DNA from: an uncultured Rhodospirillales bacterium
GTDB lineage: Bacteria; Pseudomonadota; Alphaproteobacteria; Rhodospirillales; UBA2165
DNA: 64,000 nucleotides
Reading direction: 5' to 3'
NCBI GenBank assembly: GCA_905614355.1
Contig: CAJQSN010000043.1
Span: 3,701 to 67,700 of the forward strand
Positions 11,064 to 21,307 of this stretch are shown one piece after another (the first letter of the stretch is position 1; each line of letters starts with the position of its first letter). The notes under the pieces are model-generated. The model ran no database searches. It was not told the origin of the DNA and was given only the letters and a program-made list of their open reading frames with translations. A program made the position numbers and the translations under genes.

Positions 11064-11943
11064 TTACAGCTTTTAACTCAAGTCCTATTTTTGATAGACT
11101 TATATCAGATGCTTTGGAACATAGTGTATTTACTTCTCTATTAAATTCCTGGCAAAGAAAATCAAGTTTTCGGCCGATGATGCCACCTTCTTCCATAAGC
11201 ACTTTCGCTGATTCTACGTGAGATTTCAGCCTGTCTAATTCCTCTCTAACATCTGCTTTAATCATAAAAATTGCAGCTTCTTGCGCTAATCGCTCATCTG
11301 GCAGACGCGGAAGGGCCTCTAATAACTCTTCGATTTGGTGATTGAGCCTTTTGCGAATATTAGCAGGTTGCAAAGCTACAATTTTTTCAGCCTGTTCACA
11401 AAGCTTGTCTATTTTTTTTAGCTGATTAAATAATACCATAGCAATTCGTCTCCCTTCTTCAATACGGCTTTGAAATAACGCAGAAAGGGCAGAATCAAGG
11501 CTTAGCAATATTTCTTTTTCAAGAATCGGATAATCTGAGCTATATTCATTCTCGGATAAAGGTTCTATAACCCCACGAACAGCAAAAATTCCATCAAGTC
11601 TTGGTTTCTCAAATCCTTTTAGATTGGATTGCAACTCTTCCGCCGTCTCAATAAGTTGATTGAGCAAAGTACGGTTTATCTTGTATTGATTTTGATGTGG
11701 TTTCTCTTGGATAGTCAAATTTAGATTTAGATTTCCGCGCTTAAATACCTTTCCACCGGCTAACCTTGCTAAGGGGTCAAGTTTTTCATAGCCTTGTGGA
11801 AGACGACATCTGATATCTAGTCCCTTCCCATTTACACTTTTAACTTCCCAAGTCCAGCTACAGTCACTCATAATCCCGTTACTACTGCCGAACCCAGTCA
11901 TACTAGAGATTTTAGATAAAGTCGTTTCATTTCTATTATTCAT
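11026..11943 (-). CDS. yicC: YicC/YloC family endoribonuclease
   Basis: SMTGFG, E-KSVN-KGLD, D-REELDRL and GRKLDFL-QEFNRE-NTLCSK...EQVQNIE. Confidence 0.93.
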   Translation of the reverse strand: MNNRNETTLSKISSMTGFGSSNGIMSDCSWTWEVKSVNGKGLDIRCRLPQGYEKLDPLARLAGGKVFKRGNLNLNLTIQEKPHQNQYKINRTLLNQLIETAEELQSNLKGFEKPRLDGIFAVRGVIEPLSENEYSSDYPILEKEILLSLDSALSALFQSRIEEGRRIAMVLFNQLKKIDKLCEQAEKIVALQPANIRKRLNHQIEELLEALPRLPDERLAQEAAIFMIKADVREELDRLKSHVESAKVLMEEGGIIGRKLDFLCQEFNREVNTLCSKASDISLSKIGLELKAVIEQYREQVQNIE

Positions 11944-12050
11944 GTATATTAAATAGCATATTCTTTTTGATATGCCATTGTAAAATATAAGATGGGTCGA
12001 TTAACCCAAAATAAAAAAATTTACACAAAAGGGCCCAAGTAAAAAAATTT

Positions 12051-12795
12051 AAAGCTATTTTAATTAGCGGTGCATCTAGTGCTATTTGAAAAGCCTTAGC
12101 TAACAACTTTGCAGGGCCAGGGATTTTTATAGCAACATCTGGACGTAAGTAATCCTATTTACACACAATATCTAAACAATGCTAATCTAAAGGAGCGATG
12201 GTTGTTTTAAAAATAATTGACGTGATAAATCAGACGGCTAAGGAAAATCGGATTGAAACTATTGATAACACCCAACCATGAGATCTTGTCATAGCTAATG
12301 CTGGTGTCTCTATAAATACTTCTAGCGAGTTAAAAATTTAACTACGCGGCATTATGGATATTGATATGTCTGTTGTTTTAAACACAATTAAACCTATTTT
12401 ACTGCGAATAGTCTAGCAGCGAACAGGCACAATAGCTTTAATTAGTTGGCTTGCGGGGTTCCATGTTATGCTAAGCGTACTTGAATAGGGTGGCTAGTAA
12501 AGCTTGGGTGTAATTCTACGGTCAGGGGGACTACGAAGCAACTTTTCCCCAACGGGCATCAGACTATCTGTTATCTATACCAAATTTGTTGAAAGTCCCA
12601 TCACTCAACAAAACACGTTCTTCATGACCTTCCTTATGGACACCCAAAAGGTATAAATATTATTCTAAGTTGATTAGAAAAAAATAAGGCGCAAATAGCT
12701 CTCGCTTTCCCGTTATATGTACTTGTTTCATTTTTATGTCTACTTATTAATCGTTTAAATAGCAGGTTTGCGAATTACTCCCTAATAAAAGAGTG
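12051..12795 (+). pseudogene. Degraded short-chain dehydrogenase/reductase (SDR) gene
   Basis: Hand translation gives ordered SDR fragments with stops and frameshifts: KAILISGASSAI*KALANNFAGPG..SGR, DLVIANAGVS, GTIALISWLAGF, ..ASKA, GIRLSVIYTKFVESPITQQNTFFMTFLM; no intact ORF; ends approximate. Confidence 0.85.
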
Positions 12796-12859
12796 AATTA
12801 TATTTTACTCAATTCTATTTAAGCAGGTAAAATATAACAAAACCTGGTGTTTTTTAATC

Positions 12860-13819
12860 TCATTTAATCAAATGGCGCCATTTTGCAACGTTCTTATTAT
12901 GGTCAGCTAAATTTTTTGCAAAAATATGACCTCCCTTCCCATCTGCAACAAAGTAAAGCTCGTCAGTATTTATTGGGTTCATCACAGCTTGTATTGCGGC
13001 TAGGCCAGGATTGGTAATAGGCCCCGGGGGTAAACCTTTGATATAGTATGTGTTATATGGGCTCCGCGTGTTAAGATCACCCCTGGTTAAAGCACGTTCT
13101 AATTTTAATTGCCCTTTTGTTATAGAAAAAATAACCGTTGGATCTGACTGCAGCTTCATATTACGCCGTAAACGATTCATAAAAACTCCAGCTATACGAG
13201 CACGTTCTGCCGAACGTCCTGTTTCTTTTTCAACGATAGATGCCAGTATAATTGCATCTTTAATACTAAATATTGGCAATTTAAGCGTTCGATTCTGCCA
13301 CGATTTAGCAAGTACTCCTCTCATCCCAACAAGCATCCGTCTTACTATAGTACTCCTATTATCCCCATAGGAAAAATAATAAGTTTCTGGTAAAAGTTTA
13401 CCTTCACTCAAGGGCATTATAGCCTTCCCAGTCAATCCATCAGTTTTATTTAATACCTCAAGAATTTGTTTGTTAGTGAGACCTTCAGCGACCGTCAGTC
13501 GACGAACAACCTGCTTGCCCTTTTGTAGTATATTCATAACAGCACGAGGGCTTACATGTTTAGAGAAAGAGAATTCCCCAGCTTTCAAACTCTTACCAGC
13601 GCCAACAGTTCTAGCACTAATACTAAACACAAGGGGAATTTTAATTATATTGTGACGGCCGAGTATTACTGCAATGCGTTCAATTCCAACGCCCCGAGGG
13701 ATTACAATAGTTTTTTCAGTTGGCAGAGGGCCCGGCAAAACAAACTGGCCATACCCCCAAGCACAAAGAATTAAAAATACCAAAAAAATGAGTGCACATA
13801 AAACAATTAACCATCGCAT
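12860..13819 (-). CDS. mltG: Endolytic transglycosylase MltG
   Basis: LKAGEF, LT-AEGLT, EG-LLPETY, LASIVEKET, MKLQSDPTV, SPYNTY and LYFVADG-GGH-F. Confidence 0.95.
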   Translation of the reverse strand: MRWLIVLCALIFLVFLILCAWGYGQFVLPGPLPTEKTIVIPRGVGIERIAVILGRHNIIKIPLVFSISARTVGAGKSLKAGEFSFSKHVSPRAVMNILQKGKQVVRRLTVAEGLTNKQILEVLNKTDGLTGKAIMPLSEGKLLPETYYFSYGDNRSTIVRRMLVGMRGVLAKSWQNRTLKLPIFSIKDAIILASIVEKETGRSAERARIAGVFMNRLRRNMKLQSDPTVIFSITKGQLKLERALTRGDLNTRSPYNTYYIKGLPPGPITNPGLAAIQAVMNPINTDELYFVADGKGGHIFAKNLADHNKNVAKWRHLIK

Positions 13820-13838
13820 AATTTATACTATAAAAGGT

Positions 13839-15101
13839 TCATAAAAATTCGGAAATTACTAGACTAGCATTTGTGCCGCCAAATCCAAAAGAATTAGACA
13901 ACACATTCCGGACCCGGCGCTCCTGAGAAACGTTTGGAACTAAATTAAGGTTAAAGCCTTCCGAAGGATTGTCCAGGTTTAAAGTAGGCGGAATAACATT
14001 ATCATTAATAGCTAACACTGAAAAAATAGCCTCTACGGCACCTGCAGCCCCTAATAAATGTCCGATTGCCGATTTTGTTGATGACATCGCTATTCCATCA
14101 ACTGCACTCCTAAAAAGACGTTTTACCGCACTAATTTCAATTGCATCACCTAACTGCGTCGAGGTGCCATGGGCATTTACATAGTCAATATCTGATGGGT
14201 TTAACGCGGCACGTTTGAGCGCTGCCACCATCGACCTATATGCTCCATTGCCATCTTCTGCTGGAGCTGTAATATGATGCGCATCTCCCGACATACCGTA
14301 ACCAACAATTTCTGCATAAATTTTTGCGCCACGTTTTTTTGCATGCTCAAGCTCTTCAAGAACCATAACTCCCGCTCCTTCTCCAATGACAAAGCCATCA
14401 CGATGCATATCCCATGGCCGGGAAGCCTTATCCGGAGCCTCGTTAAAAGATGTGGAAAGCGCCTTAGCTTGCGCAAAACCGTGAACTCCAAGTTTACAAA
14501 TTGCAGCCTCTGCTCCACCGGCTATCATAACTTCAGCATCTTCCCACATAATCATCCTAGCCGCATCACCAATAGCATGGGCACCCGAAGAACAAGCCGT
14601 TACAACCGCATGGTTAGGTCCTTTAAAACCATGCTTTATAGCAACATTTCCAGACACAAGGTTAATTAAACTTGAGGGTATAAAAAATGGGCTAAGGCGA
14701 CGAAGATTACCACCCGAAATTAAAGATGCACTTTTTTCAATTGCAGGCAAACCACCAATACCGGAACCAATAAGAACGCCTGTCCTCTCACAGCTTTCGT
14801 CATTTTGCGGAACCCAATCAGCATCTGCAATCGCAAAATCAGCAGCCACTATACCATATTGAATAAAAGTATCCATCCTCCGTTGTTCTTTGCTAGATAT
14901 AAAATCATCAACATTGAAACTACCTTCAACGCCCATATCCCTGGGTACTTCTCCTGCTATTCGAGAAGACAATTCGGTGGCATCGAAGGATGTTATTGAA
15001 CCAATACCCGACTCACCTTCAATCAACCTATTCCAAGTCAAATCATTCCCACAAGCAAGTGGGGTAACAAGACCAATACCAGTAACAACCACACGTCTCA
15101 T
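13839..15101 (-). CDS. fabF: Beta-ketoacyl-ACP synthase II
   Basis: MRRVVVTGIG, TACSSG catalytic Cys, NAHGTST, GHLLGAAG and SNSFGFGGTN. Confidence 0.97.
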   Translation of the reverse strand: MRRVVVTGIGLVTPLACGNDLTWNRLIEGESGIGSITSFDATELSSRIAGEVPRDMGVEGSFNVDDFISSKEQRRMDTFIQYGIVAADFAIADADWVPQNDESCERTGVLIGSGIGGLPAIEKSASLISGGNLRRLSPFFIPSSLINLVSGNVAIKHGFKGPNHAVVTACSSGAHAIGDAARMIMWEDAEVMIAGGAEAAICKLGVHGFAQAKALSTSFNEAPDKASRPWDMHRDGFVIGEGAGVMVLEELEHAKKRGAKIYAEIVGYGMSGDAHHITAPAEDGNGAYRSMVAALKRAALNPSDIDYVNAHGTSTQLGDAIEISAVKRLFRSAVDGIAMSSTKSAIGHLLGAAGAVEAIFSVLAINDNVIPPTLNLDNPSEGFNLNLVPNVSQERRVRNVLSNSFGFGGTNASLVISEFL

Positions 15102-15199
15102 ATTGATTCGCGATACTTTTATTAATCAGGATTTAAATATTCATGGTCCAACCTACATTCTGAAATATAGGTCCTAATGAGCCTGAATTGATTTCATCA

Positions 15200-15433
15200 T
15201 CATATTTGTGTCGAAAGAAAATCAACAGCATCTTTGACAGTTAGGATTTTTTCAGCTGCATCATCTGGTATTTCGCAACCAAACTCTTCTTCGAACGCCA
15301 TAACGAGTTCTACAGTATCTAGGCTATCGGCACCGAGATCATCAATAAAACTTGCAGTATCAGTCACTTTATCAACATCTACACCCAAGTGTTCGACAAT
15401 TATATCTTTTACGCGGTTAGCAACATCACTCAT
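15200..15433 (-). CDS. acpP: Acyl carrier protein
   Basis: [21 protein letters not shown] phosphopantetheine site. Confidence 0.98.
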   Translation of the reverse strand: MSDVANRVKDIIVEHLGVDVDKVTDTASFIDDLGADSLDTVELVMAFEEEFGCEIPDDAAEKILTVKDAVDFLSTQI

Positions 15434-15614
15434 TTTATTTTACCTCACTAACTGAATACCATCGCTGGGAACCGCCAGATAACCCAGCGGAAAGTTCCAC
15501 AACGACTATGAAAGTCATATTTACTTTAAAAATTTCACGGCTTCGTAACATACTTTAATTTATATTACCATACCCACTTTAAGTCATGGCAATTTTTTAG
15601 ATAAAAAAATTTAA

Positions 15615-16352
15615 TTAAATCATTGCCATACCTCCATTTACGTGAAGAGTTTGCCCCGTCACATAACTCGCCTCATCACTAGCGAGAAAGACAACACTTG
15701 CGGCTACATCTTTAACATGGCCCAAACGTCCCGTTGGTATGGCTCCCAATAATTTATCCTGCTGTTTCTCAGTTAAAGCGCTAGTCATGGCAGTCACAAT
15801 AAATCCTGGAGCGACACAATTAACCGTTATTCCGCGCGACGCGACTTCCTGTGCCAACGATTTTGACATGCCAATAATTCCAGACTTGGACGCTGCATAA
15901 TTTGCTTGTCCAGCATTACCAGTAACACCAACAATTGAAGTTATATTAATTATACGACCAAACCGCTGCTTCATCATTCCACGCAGACAAGCTTTTGATA
16001 GATGAAAGCCTGCTGTTAAATTAACACCCAGCACCATGTCCCAATCTTCATCCTTCATTCGCATAACTAAATTGTCACGGCTTAAGCCAGCATTATTTAC
16101 CAAAATATCAACGCCACCTATAAGATCATCACACTTTTTTACTAATTGCTGAGCCCCTTTTAAATTTGACAGATCACAAGTAATAACATGAGCACGTTCA
16201 CCTAATTTATCGGCAAGACTTTGCAACACATCTAATCGGGTCCCAGAAAGAACAACAGTAGCCCCTTGGCTATGCAGATCCTCTGCAATTGCGCCGCCAA
16301 TACCGCCAGAAGCTCCGGTGACAAGTACTCTTTTCTCAGCTAGATCAAACAT
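15615..16352 (-). CDS. fabG: 3-oxoacyl-ACP reductase
   Basis: TGASGGIG, NNAG-SRDNL, GQANYAASK and TGQTLHVNGGM; fab operon context. Confidence 0.96.
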   Translation of the reverse strand: MFDLAEKRVLVTGASGGIGGAIAEDLHSQGATVVLSGTRLDVLQSLADKLGERAHVITCDLSNLKGAQQLVKKCDDLIGGVDILVNNAGLSRDNLVMRMKDEDWDMVLGVNLTAGFHLSKACLRGMMKQRFGRIINITSIVGVTGNAGQANYAASKSGIIGMSKSLAQEVASRGITVNCVAPGFIVTAMTSALTEKQQDKLLGAIPTGRLGHVKDVAASVVFLASDEASYVTGQTLHVNGGMAMI

Positions 16353-16377
16353 AAGTAACTCCGCAATTTTATTGTAA

Positions 16378-17319
16378 TTAAAGTAAACCTAAAAAATCGT
16401 CAATATCATTTGGCCTTTGAATAGAAATGCTTTTAAGTTCACGATCGATCCGTCGTGTCAATCCCGTTAATACTTTACCTGCGCCAACTTCGACAAGAGT
16501 ATTAACACCTCTGTCTTTCATGAATAATACAGACTCCCTCCAACGAACCCGCGCAGTCACTTGCTGGACCAAAAGCTGGCGAATCTCATTTGGAGCTGTT
16601 TTTTCTTTTGCAGTAACATTAGTAACTAACGGGATGATGGGTTTATCAATAATCATATCCGCCAACTCTCTATCCATAACATCAGCCACAGAGGCCATCA
16701 TTGCACAATGAAATGGGGCGCTTACTGGGAGTAATATACAGCGCTTAGCGCCTTTTTTTGTGGCTATTTCAACTGCCCGAGTTACCGCTGATGTAGTGCC
16801 ACTAATGACTATCTGACCAACTGCGTTATCATTCGCTATTGAACAAACTTCACCTTGCCCTGCCTCTGCTGCAACCGATACTACGAAGTCCATATCAACG
16901 CCCAGAATCGCAGCCATAGCGCCATAACCAACAGGCACTGCCTCTTGCATGGCTTCCCCTCTGATTTTAAGAATACGAGCAGCAGCAACGATACCAAAGG
17001 ATTTTACAGCCGCTAAAGCTGAATATTCGCCCAACGAATGACCCGCAACAAAACTTGCTACTTTAGCAATCTCCAGCCCACCTTCTTTTTCCATAATACG
17101 CATAATAGCCATGCTTACAGCCATCAAAGCGGGTTGAGCGTTAGCCGTTAGCGTTAGATCATCAATCGGCCCTTCAAACATAATTTTTGAAAGGTTTTGA
17201 CCTAACGCTTCATCAATTTCTTGAAATACCTGCCTCGCAACAGGGAAAGTTTTGGCTAATTCTTGGCCCATACCAACGAATTGCGACCCCTGACCCGGAA
17301 ATACAAATGCTACATTCAT
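16378..17319 (-). CDS. fabD: Malonyl-CoA:ACP transacylase
   Basis: FPGQGSQ, AQPAL, GHSLGEYSAL and LPVSAPFH. Confidence 0.97.
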   Translation of the reverse strand: MNVAFVFPGQGSQFVGMGQELAKTFPVARQVFQEIDEALGQNLSKIMFEGPIDDLTLTANAQPALMAVSMAIMRIMEKEGGLEIAKVASFVAGHSLGEYSALAAVKSFGIVAAARILKIRGEAMQEAVPVGYGAMAAILGVDMDFVVSVAAEAGQGEVCSIANDNAVGQIVISGTTSAVTRAVEIATKKGAKRCILLPVSAPFHCAMMASVADVMDRELADMIIDKPIIPLVTNVTAKEKTAPNEIRQLLVQQVTARVRWRESVLFMKDRGVNTLVEVGAGKVLTGLTRRIDRELKSISIQRPNDIDDFLGLL

Positions 17320-17477
17320 TGTTTATCCCAATATATTCTAATTTGCAGTGTATCTGCATACTTTTGATTAATCTATAAATTTTTGTTATTGAGTAATTGA
17401 TAAAGAAAGCATAATAAGTGTCAAGATCTGTATCAATTTCAGACAAAAAAAAGATATTATTTGAGCCAACTCGGGTG

Positions 17478-17506
17478 CTTGCACTCATAAAAATTATCTG
17501 TATAGT
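17478..17506 (+). promoter_or_regulatory. Putative sigma70 promoter of the rpsF operon
   Basis: CTTGCA(C) -35-like box and TATAGT -10-like box about 16-17 bp apart, just upstream of the leader structure. Confidence 0.4.
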
Positions 17507-17518
17507 CCGGGTTCAAAT

Positions 17519-17595
17519 TTCCTTGCCAGTTTTGAAACTGGCTATGCCTGTTTAACAATTTTTTTTCGGGCTGAGACAAGCCCAAAGGATACAGT
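17519..17595 (+). promoter_or_regulatory. rpsF leader RNA (S6:S18-binding autoregulatory element, putative)
   Basis: 5' TTCCTTG can pair with the SD AAGGA, which is preceded by a CCA (CCR) motif; internal hairpins GCCAGTT/AACTGGC and GGGCT/AGCCC; architecture resembles the known S6:S18 leader. Confidence 0.55.
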
Positions 17596-18108
17596 ATGTC
17601 TTTATACGAAAGCGTAATAATAATACGGCAAGAAACGTCGCCCCAACAGGTGGAAGTTTTAGCTGACACCTATCAAGATGTTATCAAGGAAAATGGTGGA
17701 AGTATAAAAAAACGCGAGAATTGGGGTCTTCGCTCTCTCGCTTATAAAATTAAAAAAAATAGAAAAGGTCATTATATTCTTTTTAATATTGATGCACCAT
17801 CGGCTGCTGTTCATGAAATGGAACGCTTGATGAGTTTAAACGAAGATATTCTCCGTTATCTAACTCTGAGAGTCGATGAATTTGAAGAAGGCCCGTCTAT
17901 TCCGGCCCAAAACGTAGCTCGCAACGAACGGTCATCTTCTAGTTATAATAGTGAAAAAACTGAAAAAGAAACTAGTTCTGAAAAAACGACGGATCCAAAA
18001 ATAGTAAATAAATTAGAAAAAGACATAGAAAAAAACACGGAAAAAGAATTACCGGCTAACTCAGAAAAAGAAATAGTAAACGAGAATTCAGCTGAAGGAG
18101 AAAAATAA
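17596..18108 (+). CDS. rpsF: 30S ribosomal protein S6 with long Glu/Lys-rich C-terminal tail
   Basis: [29 protein letters not shown] and EDILRYL. Confidence 0.97.
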   Translation: MSLYESVIIIRQETSPQQVEVLADTYQDVIKENGGSIKKRENWGLRSLAYKIKKNRKGHYILFNIDAPSAAVHEMERLMSLNEDILRYLTLRVDEFEEGPSIPAQNVARNERSSSSYNSEKTEKETSSEKTTDPKIVNKLEKDIEKNTEKELPANSEKEIVNENSAEGEK

Positions 18109-18392
18109 TGTCTGATTTTGATAGTCGTACTTCATCAGAGAGTCGGTCAAAAGGTAGCGAAGATGGAGAAAGGCGGCCATTTTTTCGCCGACGTAAAACT
18201 TGTCCGTTTTCAGGATCGAACGCTGCAAAAATTGATTATAAAGACACCAAAACACTAACCCGCTATATTTCTGAACGCGGTAAGATTGTTCCAAGCCGTA
18301 TTACGGCTGTTTCTGCAAAGAAACAACGCGAACTTGCTCGGGCAATAAAACGTGCACGTTTTCTTGCGTTAATCCCATACGTCTCTCAATAA
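18108..18392 (+). CDS. rpsR: 30S ribosomal protein S18
   Basis: [27 protein letters not shown] and [12 protein letters not shown]; TAATG overlap with rpsF. Confidence 0.98.
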   Translation: MSDFDSRTSSESRSKGSEDGERRPFFRRRKTCPFSGSNAAKIDYKDTKTLTRYISERGKIVPSRITAVSAKKQRELARAIKRARFLALIPYVSQ

Positions 18393-18473
18393 AAACAGCA
18401 CTCTTCTGCCACTGATTTTAAATAAAATACTGACAAGGTAGCGGAGATTGGAGTAAAACGGGATGCACCTATA

Positions 18474-19421
18474 ATGCCTAGGAGTACTATCATTGCTATT
18501 GGTGCTGGCCTAGTTAGCTCTTTACTCTCCTTGGCGGCAGTTGGTTCCGGTTTAGGCCTACTTTTGGCTTACTTTGCTCTATTACCAATCCTATTAATAG
18601 GTTTAAGCCAAGACCGGAGAGCGGCGACATTCGCGATTTTATTTGGCGTGTTCGGTGTTGTACTTCTAACTAATATTTATCAAGGAATGGTATATAGCAT
18701 CTCTATTGCGTTTCCAGCTTGGCTGATAATTTCAACTTCTTTAACTCCTAAAATAAAGGATAAAACCTCGCTTGTAGAAGTCCCTATAGGCGAAATACTC
18801 TCACGCTTAGCTTTTTTAGGTGGAATTGTTTTAATTATAAGTGCACTTATATTTTCTGATAAACCGGATAACCTGTCACAGAGTATTGAGGTTCTGCTAT
18901 ACAAATTAATCCAGAATAACCACCCTGATTTGAATATAACAGCAAATCACCGCCTTTTGGTTACCGGCACGGTACCTTTGTTTCCAACAATTGTATTCTC
19001 ATCTTGGTTATTAATGATAATAGTAAGCACTATGGTTGCTCAATCTATATTGATTAAAGCAAAAGCTAACCTCAGACCAGCATTTCAATATTCAAAAATT
19101 ACAGCACCTGAATGGATTTATTGGGCATTTGCCACTTCAGGAATATTTACACTAATTGGCCCGGATAACTTTGAATATGTAAGCCGCAATCTAACAGCAA
19201 TTTTATTAATCCCATTTTTATTTATAGGTTTAGGCGTAATACATACTGTTGCCCGCACGTTTCGTTCTCCAACCATAGTCTTGATCCCACTCTACTTTTT
19301 TATAGTTATTTCAAGCTGGTCAACTATTATTACAGTACTAATAGGCTTCTTTGAAACATGGGCTAATTTCAGACAAAAATTTAAATCAAATGCTCCAGGA
19401 GACGACTCAACCACAGAGTGA
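18474..19421 (+). CDS. DUF2232 (YybS-like) integral membrane protein
   Basis: Multi-pass hydrophobic protein with GLGVIH near the C-terminus; conserved position between rpsR and rplI in Alphaproteobacteria. Confidence 0.75.
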   Translation: MPRSTIIAIGAGLVSSLLSLAAVGSGLGLLLAYFALLPILLIGLSQDRRAATFAILFGVFGVVLLTNIYQGMVYSISIAFPAWLIISTSLTPKIKDKTSLVEVPIGEILSRLAFLGGIVLIISALIFSDKPDNLSQSIEVLLYKLIQNNHPDLNITANHRLLVTGTVPLFPTIVFSSWLLMIIVSTMVAQSILIKAKANLRPAFQYSKITAPEWIYWAFATSGIFTLIGPDNFEYVSRNLTAILLIPFLFIGLGVIHTVARTFRSPTIVLIPLYFFIVISSWSTIITVLIGFFETWANFRQKFKSNAPGDDSTTE

Positions 19422-19559
19422 ACTGCAATATAGTGATGTATTAAGGTGTCAATTTATTAGCATAATAAACCGCAAATAATGACGACAACGTGTGCTTTTA
19501 ATAATATCCGCTAGTGGGTGTAAAGCGGATATCAAATTTCCTCTATATCTGCTAGATAG

Positions 19560-20120
19560 CTAAGATTTTAAATTTTAATTGTCTTCTGATTCCCATAAGC
19601 TACTTTGACTTGTTAACACTAAATTGCTGTCAAACCTGGCGGGGAGGAGGAGTATAAACCATTAAAAACGAGTCTGTAGCCAGAGCTCTTGATTTTGACC
19701 ACCGGCTCCTAAGATATAATTGGACGGCATTAAACCTATTCGATCCATTCTAGCAATATTTAGGAAAAGGGCGCTCTAGTCAAATGGGACAACCAAGGTG
19801 TTATACATCGTGCCAAGGAGGAGGATAATTTCGAAGGTGTTCTTGACTAAGGTGGGGGTGTACCCTTTTAAAAACTATGAGCTCTATTTTTATGATTACA
19901 CTAACTCTAATTTTTTGTTGCCAGGGCGCTGATAAAGCAGTAGTTTCCCCAACCGTAAGCGCTGGGCGTTTAAATAATATTTCTGGGACATACCAATTGC
20001 TCCATTACTATAGCAACACTGGGTTAGAGCTACTAGTTACTATTCTACAATGGTATAGAACGAAGAATAAGATTAACGAGTATTCGTAAAAAATTCGCAG
20101 ATTAAAATTATAGCTTGCAA
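19560..20120 (-). pseudogene. Heavily degraded amidohydrolase-2 family (LigI/lactonase-like) gene
   Basis: Minus-strand fragments in family order: AIGMS/RNII*TPSAYGWGNYCFISAL (TPSAYG at 19969-19952), ..PWH.., VVPFD*, W/VKI..GYRL and LWESE (19598-19584, cf. LWGSD); many stops and frameshifts; ends approximate. Confidence 0.45.
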
Positions 20121-20156
20121 GTGTTTGTGTAAATAATTTTTAGAGGTGTTAAAATA

Positions 20157-20813
20157 ATGGAAGTTATTCTATTGGAGAGAATCGAAAAACTTGGGCAAAT
20201 GGGTGACCTAGTTGTTGTTAAACCCGGCTTTGCCCGTAATTTTTTATTGCCGCAGAAGAAAGCTGTCACGGCAACAGATGAACACAAAATCCAATTCGAA
20301 AGTCAACGCGTTCACCTGGAAGCTCAAAATCTTGAACAAAGAACAGAGGCTGAGAAGGTAGGGGACAAGCTTGCAGGCCAAAAAATCGTAGTGGTACGCC
20401 AAGCAGGTGATGCTGGGCAACTATACGGATCAGTAAGTGCCCGCGATATTTCTGACGGAGTTATTGAATCAGGATTTTCGATCAACCGGGATCAAATTAA
20501 ACTCGGGGATCCAATTAAATCTATCGGAATGCATACTGTTGCAGTCACGCTACATCCAGAAGTCAGCGTTTCTATCATGGTTAATGTGGCTCGTTCAATT
20601 GATGAAGCAAAAACACAAGAAAAAATAGGTTTGATAGAAACGAGTGATAAAATAGAAGACGACTCGGTTGAAAAACTAATAGAGGAATTAGATGCTACGG
20701 AGACGAACATGCCTTCAGAAACGGAAGCAGATGATCAAGCGGCTAAAACACTAGCAGAAATGGAGGAGTCTTCAGCAGAAGTTGCGCCTGAAGGCGATCC
20801 AGAAATTGGGTAG
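20157..20813 (+). CDS. rplI: 50S ribosomal protein L9 with acidic C-terminal extension
   Basis: [42 protein letters not shown] and LHPEV. Confidence 0.97.
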   Translation: [218 protein letters not shown]

Positions 20814-21259
20814 AGTAAATCAAAATAGAATTCCTGACTTTGCATAAAGTAAAATAAATATTTTAAGGGTTTGAATTATTATATTTCACTCTTTACTTGA
20901 ATTTTATTATATCCTTATATTTGTTGAACCAACTCGGATACTTGAGAGTTAATTTTCTTTCATAGCTAAAGGATAACAGCTAGATTTTAGCAAACTATTT
21001 ATTAATATTAATAAATAAAATACCATTACGATCAAAAACTTACAGGGTGGGACGAGACTATTTGGTTTGCAGTTAAATTTCTTTCCGGTATTTAGATTTG
21101 ACCTTCTTTTAAATCCAACTGCTAGAGAACGCAACCACACTCCATGACACGAGAGGCTATGACGAAAGAGAACTCTCATTCAAGAAACTCTCCAATAACA
21201 AAAACACAAGTCGCGTAAAATCAGTTTATATTCCTGCTAAAATTTTATTTATTTACAAG

Positions 21260-21268
21260 TTATCCCCA
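21260..21268 (+). promoter_or_regulatory. Putative DnaA box upstream of dnaB
   Basis: TTATCCCCA, one mismatch to TTATCCACA, 40-70 bp before the dnaB start. Confidence 0.35.
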
Positions 21269-21307
21269 TCTATCACAGGGCTGTGCATCTTTTCTGTCTT
21301 CTCTTCG

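Noticed and set aside
17920-18108. EK-rich tail of S6, and likewise the acidic tail of L9
   Set aside because: Variable charged C-terminal extensions are common in alphaproteobacterial S6 and L9
19877-20089. 70-aa ORF in the DUF2232-rplI gap
   Set aside because: No motif or clear SD; better explained as the antisense of the decayed amidohydrolase-like relic
20949-21179. 76-aa minus-strand ORF between rplI and dnaB
   Set aside because: No recognisable family; cannot be supported as a gene without a homology search
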